From positions 79,109 to 143,108 of the forward strand of contig CAVTPJ010000004.1 of assembly GCA_963736645.1 (NCBI GenBank): a stretch of DNA of 64,000 bases, written 5' to 3'. The DNA is from an uncultured Thermoleophilia bacterium. GTDB taxonomy: Bacteria; Actinomycetota; Thermoleophilia; UBA2241. A model generated the notes under the pieces. It had not been told where the DNA came from. It ran no database searches and worked only from the letters and a program-made list of their open reading frames with translations. Positions 37,462 to 47,850 of this stretch are shown piece after piece. The stretch's first letter is position 1. The number at the start of each line of letters is the position of its first letter. The position numbers and the translations under genes were made by a program.

Positions 37462-38643
37462 ATGGCAGCATCAGTTGTGACAGACCGGGCGGAGGCCCGA
37501 CGGCGACGGCGGCGCGCGGCGCGGCGGCTGGCGCTTCGGCTCACCTTGATCTACGCGGTGCTCGCCACCGCCTGGATCGTCCTCTCCGACCGGACGCTGG
37601 CATGGCTCGGTCTTCCGCGTGACCTCGAGCTCGCTCTCTCCTCGGTCAAGGGGCTCCTGTTCGTCCTCGTCACGGCGACCCTCCTCATGGTGCTCGCCCT
37701 GCGCTACTTCCGCAGCCTCGAGGCGTCACAGGAAGGCTACACGCGCCTCTTCGAGAACGCCGTGGAGGGGATCACCGTCTTCACGGTCCTGCGCGACCGC
37801 GACGGCCGGGTCACCGACCTCGAGCTGGCCGACATGAACCCGGTCCAGTTGGCGCGTACCGGGCTGCAGCGGGACGAGGCCGTCGGCAAACGGCTGAGCC
37901 GGCCCGACGGACTCGACGAACGCACCCGCTCGTATCTCGAGGTCGTCGCCAGCGCCGCCGGCTCCGGCATGCCGGCACGTTCGGAGCTCCACCTCGAGAG
38001 CGAGGACGCCTACGAGCTTCTGGAAGCGTATCCGGTGAGCCACGACCGCTGGGCGCTCGCCGCCGAGGACGTCACCGGCGTGCGGCACGCCGAGCGGGCG
38101 CTCCGGCGGCAGGAGGAGAGCATCCGTCGGGCCTACGTCGACGTGCTCGACGCGGTCACCGGAGGCAAGCTCATCCTGCTCACCGACGAAGAGCTCTCCG
38201 GGCAGCTCGGCACACCGTTCACCGAGCTCGCCCACATCGCCGCGCCGGGCGAGCTGTCCCGGGCGCGGAACACCATCGCCAGCGAGGCCGCGGAGCGGTT
38301 TCCCGGCTGGGCGCCGCGCACGGACGTCCGCCTCCCGGTCTGCGAGGCGCTGGTCAACGCCCTCAACCATGCGGGAGGGGGCACCTACCAGCTCCTCTCC
38401 CGGGACGAGAGGCTGCAGGTGCTCGTGCGCGACGAGGGCCCCGGCATCGACTTCCGCACCCTGCCGCGGGCGACGCTTGTCAGCGGGTTCTCGACCGTCT
38501 CCAGCCTCGGCATGGGATTCACGATCATGCTCCAGACGTGCGAACGGGTCCTGCTCAGCACGCGCCCCGGGCGCACGTCCGTGGTGCTCGAGTTCGCGCC
38601 CTCGGGGGCAGTCGTCGAGGTCGCGGAGGCCGAGGCCTCGTAG
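37462..38643 (+). CDS. Membrane PAS-domain sensor with C-terminal GHKL (HATPase-like) domain, no recognisable DHp/H-box
   Basis: There are two N-terminal TM helices and a PAS-like region (YTRLFENAVEGITVFTV...). The C-terminus has the N-box-like EALVNALNHAGGG and the G-box-like DEGPGIDF...GMGFTIM. The start is uncertain (ATG 37462 or GTG 37477). Confidence 0.65.
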   Translation: MAASVVTDRAEARRRRRRAARRLALRLTLIYAVLATAWIVLSDRTLAWLGLPRDLELALSSVKGLLFVLVTATLLMVLALRYFRSLEASQEGYTRLFENAVEGITVFTVLRDRDGRVTDLELADMNPVQLARTGLQRDEAVGKRLSRPDGLDERTRSYLEVVASAAGSGMPARSELHLESEDAYELLEAYPVSHDRWALAAEDVTGVRHAERALRRQEESIRRAYVDVLDAVTGGKLILLTDEELSGQLGTPFTELAHIAAPGELSRARNTIASEAAERFPGWAPRTDVRLPVCEALVNALNHAGGGTYQLLSRDERLQVLVRDEGPGIDFRTLPRATLVSGFSTVSSLGMGFTIMLQTCERVLLSTRPGRTSVVLEFAPSGAVVEVAEAEAS

Positions 38644-38667
38644 GGGCCGAGGGGGTCGGAGCCCGTC

Positions 38668-39087
38668 TCAGGCGGCCCGCATGCGGTTGGTGCGCGCCCC
38701 GTGTTCCACCTCAGCCAGGCCGAGCGCCTCCAGTACCGGCGGCACGTAGTTGGCGAAGCGTCCGCGCAGTCCCTTCTTCAGCCCGTACCAGCCGCCGACC
38801 GGGTTGCCGGGCGACCGGCCCCACGCCTCGACGGTGCCTTCGGCGGCCGGTTTCTGCTCGTCGGCGCTGCCCAGCGGTACCCAGTCGCCTGCCGCCGTGA
38901 GCATGGCGTGGAGGTCGTCGATGCAGCGCAGCTGATAGCGAAGCTCGGTCTTGCCCACGACCACGACGAGCGCCGGCGGTTCGGCCGCCTCGTCGCGGTA
39001 GGCCGTGTACTCGGACTTGCCGGGCGGGGTGGTGAGGATCCACGGGTCGTCCGGAGTCCCGGCTCCTCGCGCCTGTGTCGGTGACAT
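38668..39087 (-). CDS. Conserved hypothetical protein
   Basis: I set the start at ATG 39087 (MSPTQARGAGTPDDPWILTTPPGKSEYTAY...). The codon bias is coding-like. I recognise no motif. Confidence 0.5.
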   Translation of the reverse strand: MSPTQARGAGTPDDPWILTTPPGKSEYTAYRDEAAEPPALVVVVGKTELRYQLRCIDDLHAMLTAAGDWVPLGSADEQKPAAEGTVEAWGRSPGNPVGGWYGLKKGLRGRFANYVPPVLEALGLAEVEHGARTNRMRAA

Positions 39088-39251
39088 GTCCGCTCCAGTC
39101 TTCGGGCGGCCGGCCTGGCGGCACTCGCCGCGACGCCGGCCGTTTCCCCCGGGTGTTCCCTCCGTGCGAGCGGCCCACGCCACGAAGCGCCGCCTGCGGG
39201 AACGCGTGACGGCCCGGTGGTACGGTTGACGCCCCGCCCGGAGGAGATGCC

Positions 39252-40031
39252 GTGAACGCGATCATCAGGCTGCTCGACGCGCGCTGCTCGACGCGCTCCT
39301 ACGACCAGACCCCGCCGACCGGCGAGGAGAAGCGCGCGATCCTGCACGCGGCGATGCGCGCGCCGACCGCCGGCAACCTGATGCTGTACTCGATCATCGA
39401 GATCGAGGACCAGGCGCTCAAGGACCGGCTGGCGGTGACCTGCGACGACCAGCCGTTCATCGCGAGGGCGCCCTGGGTGCTGCTGTTCGTCGCCGACTTC
39501 CAGAAGTGGATGGACCTGTTTGCGGCGTGCGGGTGCGACGAGCTGCCCGGCGTGCCGCATGGCGTCGCGCCGGGCCCCGGCGACCTGCTGATGGCCTGCA
39601 ACGACGCGCTCATCGCGGCGCAGAACGCGGTGGTCGCCGCCGAGTCGCTCGGCATCGGCTCGTGCTACATCGGCGACATCATGGAGCTCGGCGAGACGCA
39701 CGCCGAGCTGCTGAAGCTGCCGCGCTACACGTTCCCCGCCGCGCTGCTCTGCCTCGGCCGCCCGAAGGTCCGTCCGCACCGGACTGAGCGGTATGAGCGC
39801 CACGTGGTGCACAAGAACGTGTACCGGCGGCTCACCGCGACCCAGTTGCGCGAGGCCTCGCGCGAGCTCGACGAGCTCCACGGTACGCGCGGTCCGCAGC
39901 CGGGGATCACCGGCTGCGTGCAGGACGTCTACGCGCGCAAGTTCACCGCCGACTACGCCGCCGAGATGAACCGCTCGGTGGCGTGGTGGATCGAGCGCTG
40001 GGGCGCGGGCGGGGCCGCCGGCACTGAGTAG
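39252..40031 (+). CDS. Nitroreductase family protein
   Basis: GTG 39252 is preceded by GGAGGAG. The motifs RCSTRSYD, MRAPTAGNLM and LGIGSCYIG match the FMN-nitroreductase fold. Confidence 0.8.
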   Translation: MNAIIRLLDARCSTRSYDQTPPTGEEKRAILHAAMRAPTAGNLMLYSIIEIEDQALKDRLAVTCDDQPFIARAPWVLLFVADFQKWMDLFAACGCDELPGVPHGVAPGPGDLLMACNDALIAAQNAVVAAESLGIGSCYIGDIMELGETHAELLKLPRYTFPAALLCLGRPKVRPHRTERYERHVVHKNVYRRLTATQLREASRELDELHGTRGPQPGITGCVQDVYARKFTADYAAEMNRSVAWWIERWGAGGAAGTE

Positions 40032-40059
40032 GGGGCCGGGACCGCTGGGGGGACGCCGG

Positions 40060-40179
40060 TCACCGGCCCCACGTGCCGGAGGCGACGCACCACGCCGGCA
40101 CGGCGAAGGTCACGAGCGCGAGGACGGCGACGAGGAAGAAGGCCGTCGCGCGGCGAGTCATCAAGGCTCTGATGGTCAT
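40060..40179 (-). CDS. Possible 39-aa single-TM small protein (below the track threshold)
   Basis: My own translation gives MTIRALMTRRATAFFLVAVLALVTFAVPAWCVASGTWGR*. A purine-rich GACGGGGG lies upstream. There is no homology evidence. Confidence 0.2.
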   Translation of the reverse strand: MTIRALMTRRATAFFLVAVLALVTFAVPAWCVASGTWGR

Positions 40180-40314
40180 GAGGGCCCCCGTCTTTCGGGA
40201 TCGGGCATGACCTCACTGTACCCGGCGATGGCCGGGCTCACCTAGGGGTCCATTCGCGCGTTCCTATCCGCGCCGGCGGGTAGAGTCGCGACACGGTCGC
40301 TGAATGGAGACACG

Positions 40315-41187
40315 ATGGACGACGAAGCCTGGCCCCGACTCCGGGCGCTCAGTGAAGAGGAGGTCACCGCGGCAGCCGCGGCGGTCGCCGCTCGCGCGGC
40401 AGAGGCTGTCGTTCCCGGCCGCATGCCGGCCGTCTACCTGGGCCACGGCGCGCCGCCGCTCCTGGACGACCGTCTGTGGATGGCCGAGCTGGCAGCCTGG
40501 GCGGGGGCGCTGCCCCGGCCGAGCGCCGTGCTCATGGTCTCCGCGCATTGGACCCAGCTCCCGCTCACGCTCGGCGCGACGGAGGCCGGCGTGCCGCTCG
40601 TCTACGACTTCTACGGGTTCCCGGAGAGGTACTACCGGGCGACGTACCCGGCGCCCCCGGCGCCCGGGCTCGCGGAGCGTGTGGCGAGTCTCGCCGGGGG
40701 CGAGGGGGCGATCGCTCACGAGCCCGGCCGCGGCCTCGACCACGGCGCCTACGTGCCGCTCGTGGCCATGTACCCGGAGGCAGACGTGCCCGTTCTGCAG
40801 GTCTCCCTGCCGAGCCTCGACCCGGATACCCTGCTGGACCTCGGCGCCCGCCTGCGGCCGCTGCGCGACGAGGGCGTGCTCATCATCGGCAGCGGCTTCA
40901 TGACCCACGGCCTGCCGTTTCTCAGCAGCTTCCACCTGGACGCGCCGCCGCCGGACTGGTCGACGGACTTCGACCAGTGGGTGGCGGCGGCGCTCGAGGC
41001 GGCGCGACGTCCGCGAGCCCTCGCCGCCTTCCGCTCGGTGCCATCAGCACGCTTCGCCCACCCGACTGTGGAGCACTTCGCGCCGCTCTTCGTCGCGCTG
41101 GGCGCCGCCGAGCCGGACGCCGCCATGGCGACGCCCATCGCCGGGTTCTGGCTGGGTCTCTCGAAGCGCTCGGTGCAGTTCGCCTGA
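40315..41187 (+). CDS. Class III extradiol dioxygenase (LigB / 4,5-DOPA-dioxygenase-like)
   Basis: The motifs [26 protein letters not shown] and GSGFMTHG are typical of the LigB/DODA family. The true start may be ATG 40423. Confidence 0.8.
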   Translation: MDDEAWPRLRALSEEEVTAAAAAVAARAAEAVVPGRMPAVYLGHGAPPLLDDRLWMAELAAWAGALPRPSAVLMVSAHWTQLPLTLGATEAGVPLVYDFYGFPERYYRATYPAPPAPGLAERVASLAGGEGAIAHEPGRGLDHGAYVPLVAMYPEADVPVLQVSLPSLDPDTLLDLGARLRPLRDEGVLIIGSGFMTHGLPFLSSFHLDAPPPDWSTDFDQWVAAALEAARRPRALAAFRSVPSARFAHPTVEHFAPLFVALGAAEPDAAMATPIAGFWLGLSKRSVQFA

Positions 41188-41254
41188 AGGTCACGCGTCT
41201 CGCTCGTCGGCCAGGGTCGGAGGCCGAGCGGTGCCCTGTGCTATCCTCGGCGCC

Positions 41255-42949
<1,695 letters not shown>

Positions 42950-43077
42950 TGCACGGGAGGGCTATTGAGCGGTCGGCGATCCGAAGGGCGAGCCGGCCGG
43001 ACTAGCCAGCGCAACTCCGCTAGCGAGCGGGGCGGCGCCAGCGGCACCGCTCACACGGCCTGACTGCCGTAGGACGG

Positions 43078-43106
43078 TTGAGGAGGCTGCCGTCTCGGGG
43101 TACACT
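43078..43106 (+). promoter_or_regulatory. Candidate sigma-70-type promoter for tRNA-Gln
   Basis: TTGAGG (43078-83), a 17-nt spacer, then TACACT (43101-06). The tRNA 5' end is 23 nt downstream. Confidence 0.4.
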
Positions 43107-43129
43107 CCTGCCTGCCCCTCGGGCGCCGC

Positions 43130-43205
43130 TGGCGAGTGGCCTAATTGGCAAGGCACCTGACTCTGGATCAGGGGATTGAAGGTTCGAGTCCTTCCTCGCC
43201 AGCCA
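43130..43205 (+). tRNA. tRNA-Gln (anticodon CUG), CCA encoded
   Basis: Manual cloverleaf: acceptor UGGCGAG/CUCGCCA, D arm GCC..GGC, anticodon stem CCUGA/UCAGG with loop CUCUGGA (CUG), T arm GAAGG-UUCGAGU-CCUUC, discriminator G, then CCA. U1-A72 and G73 are present. Confidence 0.9.
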
Positions 43206-43397
43206 TCCTCGTCTCGGCTCGCATCGCCGTTCGGCCACGTCAGCCTGCATGTGCGGGGAGCTTCGGGTACGGGCGCGGCGGCTGAGAGGGGCGAACGCTG
43301 CTTGCAGAGGGGTGAGGCGGCGCTCGCCCATCTGAGCTGGCCGTCCACGCGAGCCCGGCGGCACGCACCCGGCGTCCACCGAGACGACTTCCGAAGA

Positions 43398-44577
43398 TCA
43401 GCCGAGCGCTTCGCAGACCGCCATCGCCGCGGCGTCCGACAGGGCGAGCTTCTCGTCGTCCTCTGCCGTCGGCCATGCCGAGAACCGTGCCACGACGCTG
43501 TTCGACGGATGGTGGACCAGCACGGCCTGCCCGTAGATGCCGTATGCCCAGTAGACCCCGGCCTCGGCGTCCGAGATCCACCAGCAGTCGTGGTAGAAGC
43601 GGTGGCCACCGGCTTCTTCCGGGTAGGCCCGCGCGTAGGTCTCCACCAGCCGCGGGTCGGTCGTGCGCAGGCGCCGCACCCACTCGCGCGGCAGCACCCG
43701 GCGACCGTCGATCTCGCCCTCCTGCAGGTAGAGCAGGCCGAACAGGGCGAGGTCGTGGAGCGTGACGCAGAAGCCTCCGTCGGCGAGGGGGAACCCGCCC
43801 GGCCCGAGGATGAAGTCGCCTTCGTGCGCGGCCCCGAGCGGCGTCCAGACGAGCTCGGAGAACAGCTCGGCCAGCGGCCGGCCGGCGGCGCGCTCGAGGC
43901 ACCAGCCGAGCACGTCGGTGCAGATCGAGCGGTACTCGAACTCGGCGCCGTGCCCGGCCTGCCGGCGCAGCCCGGCGATGTAGTCGGCCGGCGACGGGTC
44001 GTCGGGCAGGCGCTCGAGCCAGCCGAGCGCCCGGAACCCGCGCCACGCCTCGGAGTCCATGTCGTCGTAGTCGCTCTCGTCGAACGCCACCCCGGCGGTC
44101 ATGTCGAGGAGGTGCTGGACGGTGCATCCCTCCCAGACCGTCCCGGCCAGCTCGCGCACGTACTCGGTGACGAGAGCTTCGACCGCGAAGCGGCCCGCCG
44201 CCGACCAGCGCTCCGGCGAGGGCGGAGGTCATCGACTTCGAGACCGACTCGCAGAGGTGCCGCGTCTGCGGGCTCATGCCCCGGGCGTGGTGCTCGAAGA
44301 CGATCGCGCCGTCGTGGATCACCATCCAGCCGTCGACGTTCGTCTGCTCCATCGCTGCGGCCAGGGTCCGTTCGCGCCCGGTGTGGTCGAAGCGCAGGTC
44401 CGCGAGGTCGCGCGGACGCCGCGGCAGCACCGTCGCGGCGTCGCCACGCGACACCCGGGCCGACGGCAGCAGCTCCCGGGTGTGCGCGTGCATCCAGCGG
44501 ATGTGGCGCGCCTCCCACATGGTGCGCGGAGTGACCAGGGCTCGGGCATCGAGTGGCGCCGCCTCGGCATTCTTCAT
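43398..44577 (-). pseudogene. Frameshifted serine hydrolase (beta-lactamase / PBP-like family)
   Basis: The N-terminal part (ATG 44577, MKNAEAAPL...ESVSKSMTSALAGALVGGG, SxxK motif) is in one frame. The remainder (FAVEALVTEYVRELAGTVWEG...YGIYGQAVLV...) is in another. The switch lies in the G/C run at about 44187-44203. Confidence 0.75.
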
Positions 44578-45069
44578 TCCGGGTCCTCGCTCTCGTTTGC
44601 GGCTCGAAAAGCTCGCCGCGCCGGCGGAAGCCGACGTCGAGGCACAGTGTAGACGACGGTGGACCGCAGGGGCGCCGGACTCCTGGCTGCCGCCGTGCAA
44701 GGGAAGCGGCCTCCCCACCGAGCCGGCGGCCGAAGAAGGGAGGCGCGCCCGCCACGCTGGAGGGCCGAGGGCGCCGATCAGCCCTCAAGCGCGCAGTGCC
44801 CGTTCCTTGAGGCCCACCCCTGGCTCGATCCGCACGGCGCGGCCGGTGGCGCCGGCGCTTCGACCGGCACGAGCTTCGAGGTCATGTACTACTGAGCGGG
44901 AGTGCGCGAACCGAACGCCCGAGCGTCGGGCACGAAACGGCAAGCTCGCGTGTCGAAGTGCCTGAGAGCACCGTCCGTGCGCACCAGGTCGCCCGAAATC
45001 GGGAGGCAGAGCGGCCGGCGGTCGGCGGTCGGCAAGAGGCTGGTGGCATGCGAGTGCCTGAGAAGAGGC

Positions 45070-45145
45070 TGGTAGCGCATACGGGATTCGAACCCGTGTT
45101 ACCGCCGTGAGAGGGCGGCGTCCTAGGCCCCTAGACGAATGCGCC
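45070..45145 (-). tRNA. tRNA-Glu (anticodon CUC), CCA encoded
   Basis: The reverse complement is GGCGCAUUCGUCUAGGGGCCUAGGACGCCGCCCUCUCACGGCGGUAACACGGGUUCGAAUCCCGUAUGCGCUACCA. It has the canonical tRNA-Glu architecture, anticodon loop CUCUCAC and T-loop UUCGAAU. Confidence 0.9.
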
Positions 45146-45299
45146 ACGCAAGAACGGGGCTGCTGCCTCGGCGGGACCCCGGAGCTCATCCCGCCTGCCG
45201 CGCGATCCGGCAGCGGCAGCGGCGAACAAGGCTAGCACAAGACCCGCGAACGGAAAACCCGCACGCCGCGGGGGGCGGGCCGCGTGTAGGCTAGCGCCC

Positions 45300-46217
45300 A
45301 TGAAGGATTCTGTGGGATCCGCGGGGGTCACGTACAGGCGCGCGGAGGAGGCGGACCTGCCGCACCTCTTCGCGGTGTTCCGCGCAGCGCTCAACGGGTA
45401 TCTGGTGCCGGCCGGTCAGACGCCGGTGCCGGAGGAGGACGACCCGACGCCGGCCTACCGCCACTCCCTGCGGCACGACGGCGAGCGGTTCTGGGTGGCC
45501 GTGGCCGACGGCGGGATCGTCGCCTGGACCTCAGGGCTGGTGCGCGGGGACTGGTGGTTCCTCAGCAGCCTCTTCGTGCTGCCGGAGGCGCAGGGGCGCG
45601 GCGTCGGCGCCCGGCTCTTCGAGCTCGCGGGGACGGGCGCGCCGCCGGGAGCGGTGCGCGCCACGGTGACCGACTCGATCCAGCCCATCTCGAACACGTT
45701 GTACGCGCACCGGGGTCTGCTGCCTCGGGAAGCGCTGGTGGAGATCGGCGGCCGGCCCCGGCCTGATCTGGCGCGGCCGCGGCTGGGCAGTCTCGCAGCG
45801 GAGCCGCTCACAACCGCGTCGATCCCCGAGCTGGGGGAGATCGACGCGGCGGCGAGCGGCGTCGACCGGAGCGTCGACCACGACTACTACCTCACCGCGA
45901 GCGGCCGGCGCGGCTGGCTCTTCCGGCGCGCCGGCCGGCCGGTCGCCTACGTCATGGTGCGGCCGGACGGCTGGGTCGGGCCCGCAGCCTCCGTGCGCGC
46001 CGCCGACATCCGCGCAGCTACGTCGTTCGGCATCGCGACCCTCGCCGCCGAAGGCACGGAGAAGGTCCGTGCCGGCGTGCCCGCCCGCTGCGCGGGCGCC
46101 CAGCGCGCCTTGTGGGAGGCCGGGCTCGTCTACCGCTCGACGCCCGGTCTGCTCCTCGCCTCCCGTCCCTTCGGGCGGCTGGACCGCTACGTCCCGGCCA
46201 GCTACGGCCTGTTCTGA
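45300..46217 (+). CDS. GNAT-family N-acetyltransferase
   Basis: 305 aa. The acetyl-CoA binding motif is LFVLPEAQGRGVGARLFE. A second, degenerate GNAT-like half follows. Confidence 0.75.
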   Translation: MKDSVGSAGVTYRRAEEADLPHLFAVFRAALNGYLVPAGQTPVPEEDDPTPAYRHSLRHDGERFWVAVADGGIVAWTSGLVRGDWWFLSSLFVLPEAQGRGVGARLFELAGTGAPPGAVRATVTDSIQPISNTLYAHRGLLPREALVEIGGRPRPDLARPRLGSLAAEPLTTASIPELGEIDAAASGVDRSVDHDYYLTASGRRGWLFRRAGRPVAYVMVRPDGWVGPAASVRAADIRAATSFGIATLAAEGTEKVRAGVPARCAGAQRALWEAGLVYRSTPGLLLASRPFGRLDRYVPASYGLF

Positions 46218-46302
46218 TCCGGGTCCCGCGCGGGATCGCGCGCTCATCCGGCCGAGGGGTGTCCGGCGGCTCCCCTCATGCGGCAGCCCGTGATACGGTT
46301 CG

Positions 46303-46671
46303 ATGACCCTGCGGCCGCACTCTGGGAGGCTCGTGAGCCACGCCGACGAGGTCATCACCGACGTGAACCGGCGGCGCGTCATGGCGCGCGCCCGCGACGA
46401 CTGCTTCACCATCGCCTGGGACTACCCGGGCCGCACGCTGCTCGAGGTCCGCATCCTGCGCTCCTCGGGCGCCTTCGCGGAGACTGCCGAGGATGGTCCC
46501 GACGGCGGCCAGGAAGTCGTCTACCAGGACGTGACCGGCTCGTTCCGTGACGCAGGCCTGAGTGACGCCCGGCCGTACCTCTACACCGTCTTCGCGCGAC
46601 ACCCCGGCGGCGAGTGGGTGCGCTGGGGAGAGTACTCCCGGCCGTGCCTCCAGACGGTGACGGCTTCATGA
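46303..46671 (+). CDS. Hypothetical protein (possible Fn3-like beta-sandwich)
   Basis: The pattern FTIAWDYPG..LEVRILRS....VVYQDVTGSFRDAGLSDARPYLYTVFA resembles Fn3-type repeats. The start is uncertain. The stop overlaps the next gene's start (ATGA). Confidence 0.45.
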   Translation: MTLRPHSGRLVSHADEVITDVNRRRVMARARDDCFTIAWDYPGRTLLEVRILRSSGAFAETAEDGPDGGQEVVYQDVTGSFRDAGLSDARPYLYTVFARHPGGEWVRWGEYSRPCLQTVTAS

Positions 46672-47726
46672 GGCGCATGACTCCTCTGCTGTCGATCGTC
46701 CTGGGCGTTCTCGTGGCCGTCGGCGGACTGGTGGCATTGCCTGCCGCCGTGTGCGCCGCGGACGACGGCAACGAGACCCCGGCAGCATCGGGCAAGGCCG
46801 CGGCGCAGCCGGACGTCACCGTCGCCGCGGCGGAGGCGGCCGCAGCGGCGGACTCGAGCATCGCGGCCGTCCTTGCCGGCAAGGACGCCGCGGTGGAGGC
46901 CGGGGCGTGGGGAGGCACCCAGGGTGAGCCCACCGGCACGACCCTGGTCTATCGTTGGGCCGCCGCCCAGGCAGCGCCGATCGACGAGGAGTGGCCTCTA
47001 CTGCGCTCCGGAGACGGGACGCCGGAGGCTCCCTACGACTCCAGCATGTACCGCATCAGAGCCAGCGACGTGACCGCCCTGCGCGTCGACGTGCTCGCCG
47101 ACGGGGCGCGCATCCTGCAGGTGATGCCGGTGGACGGCGAGACCCGGTTCACGCTCGAGGAGCAGACCTGGCCACCGTTCAGCTGGTTTCCCTGGCTCAC
47201 GGCGAGTCCGTGGGTGCTCGCTCCCGTGTTCCTGGGGCTCGCCGTGCTGCTGATGGGGCGCGCCTGGCGGCGCTCGCGTGCCTGGAACCGCCGCCTGCCG
47301 TCCATGACCCGCCACGACCGTCAGTTCATCGCCCGCCTGGCGGTACTCGTCTTCCTGCTCGCCGGGTTCGCCTGGCAGTTCTACGAAGGCTGGTATGCCG
47401 CCACCGGACCGTCGGTTGGCTCGAGCTCCACCGCCGCCGGTTCGCTCGCCACGCTGCCGCTGCTGCTCATACCGCCGGGACTCTTCGTCGCCGGGCTCAT
47501 CCTCGAGCTCAGCTCCGCGCCCCGGCGCGGCTCCTGGGGGCTCCTCGCCGTGCTCTGCGGCGCCGCCAGCGCCTATTTCCTCGCCTCGGCCATGACCAGC
47601 GCGGCCACCAATCTCAACCTCTCGTACTACATCCTCCTCGCGGTGCTCGCCCTCATCTCCATCCCGCGCGCCTTCTCCGCCGGCAAGATGGGCTGGAGCC
47701 GCAACGCCGCGCCGCGGTACGGCTGA
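46668..47726 (+). CDS. Hypothetical integral membrane protein
   Basis: ATG 46668 (MRRMTPLLSIVLGVLVAVGG). It has a signal/anchor helix, a ~150-aa extracytoplasmic segment, then ~6 TM helices. No family is recognised. Confidence 0.55.
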   Translation: MRRMTPLLSIVLGVLVAVGGLVALPAAVCAADDGNETPAASGKAAAQPDVTVAAAEAAAAADSSIAAVLAGKDAAVEAGAWGGTQGEPTGTTLVYRWAAAQAAPIDEEWPLLRSGDGTPEAPYDSSMYRIRASDVTALRVDVLADGARILQVMPVDGETRFTLEEQTWPPFSWFPWLTASPWVLAPVFLGLAVLLMGRAWRRSRAWNRRLPSMTRHDRQFIARLAVLVFLLAGFAWQFYEGWYAATGPSVGSSSTAAGSLATLPLLLIPPGLFVAGLILELSSAPRRGSWGLLAVLCGAASAYFLASAMTSAATNLNLSYYILLAVLALISIPRAFSAGKMGWSRNAAPRYG

Positions 47727-47850
47727 CCCAGGGTCTCTCGCCGGCCTCCACGCTCGTTCTCTCAGCGGCCCCTCAGGCCGGCCCCAGCGAGCGCCCAGAA
47801 GCGCCTGCCACACTCGACGACGTCAGCACGAGACGACAGTGAGGTGGGTC

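Noticed and set aside
39953-40216. The 87-aa track ORF on the minus strand overlapping the nitroreductase 3' end.
   Set aside because: It has Pro/Arg-rich low-complexity translation and overlaps a supported gene. A different frame contains the more plausible, though still weak, 39-codon hydrophobic ORF.
44940-45060. An SRP (4.5S) RNA-like motif: CACCAGGUCGCCCGAAAUCGGGAGGCAGAGC resembles the domain IV consensus CAGGUC..GGAA..GGAAGCAGC.
   Set aside because: The apical loop is AAAU rather than a GNRA/GGAA tetraloop. The flanking helix complementarity is poor, and the symmetric-loop residues do not line up.
43206-45069. A genomic island integrated between tRNA-Gln and tRNA-Glu.
   Set aside because: I found no integrase, no direct repeat of either tRNA 3' end in the window, and no compositional break. 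The interval holds only one frameshifted hydrolase gene and non-coding sequence.
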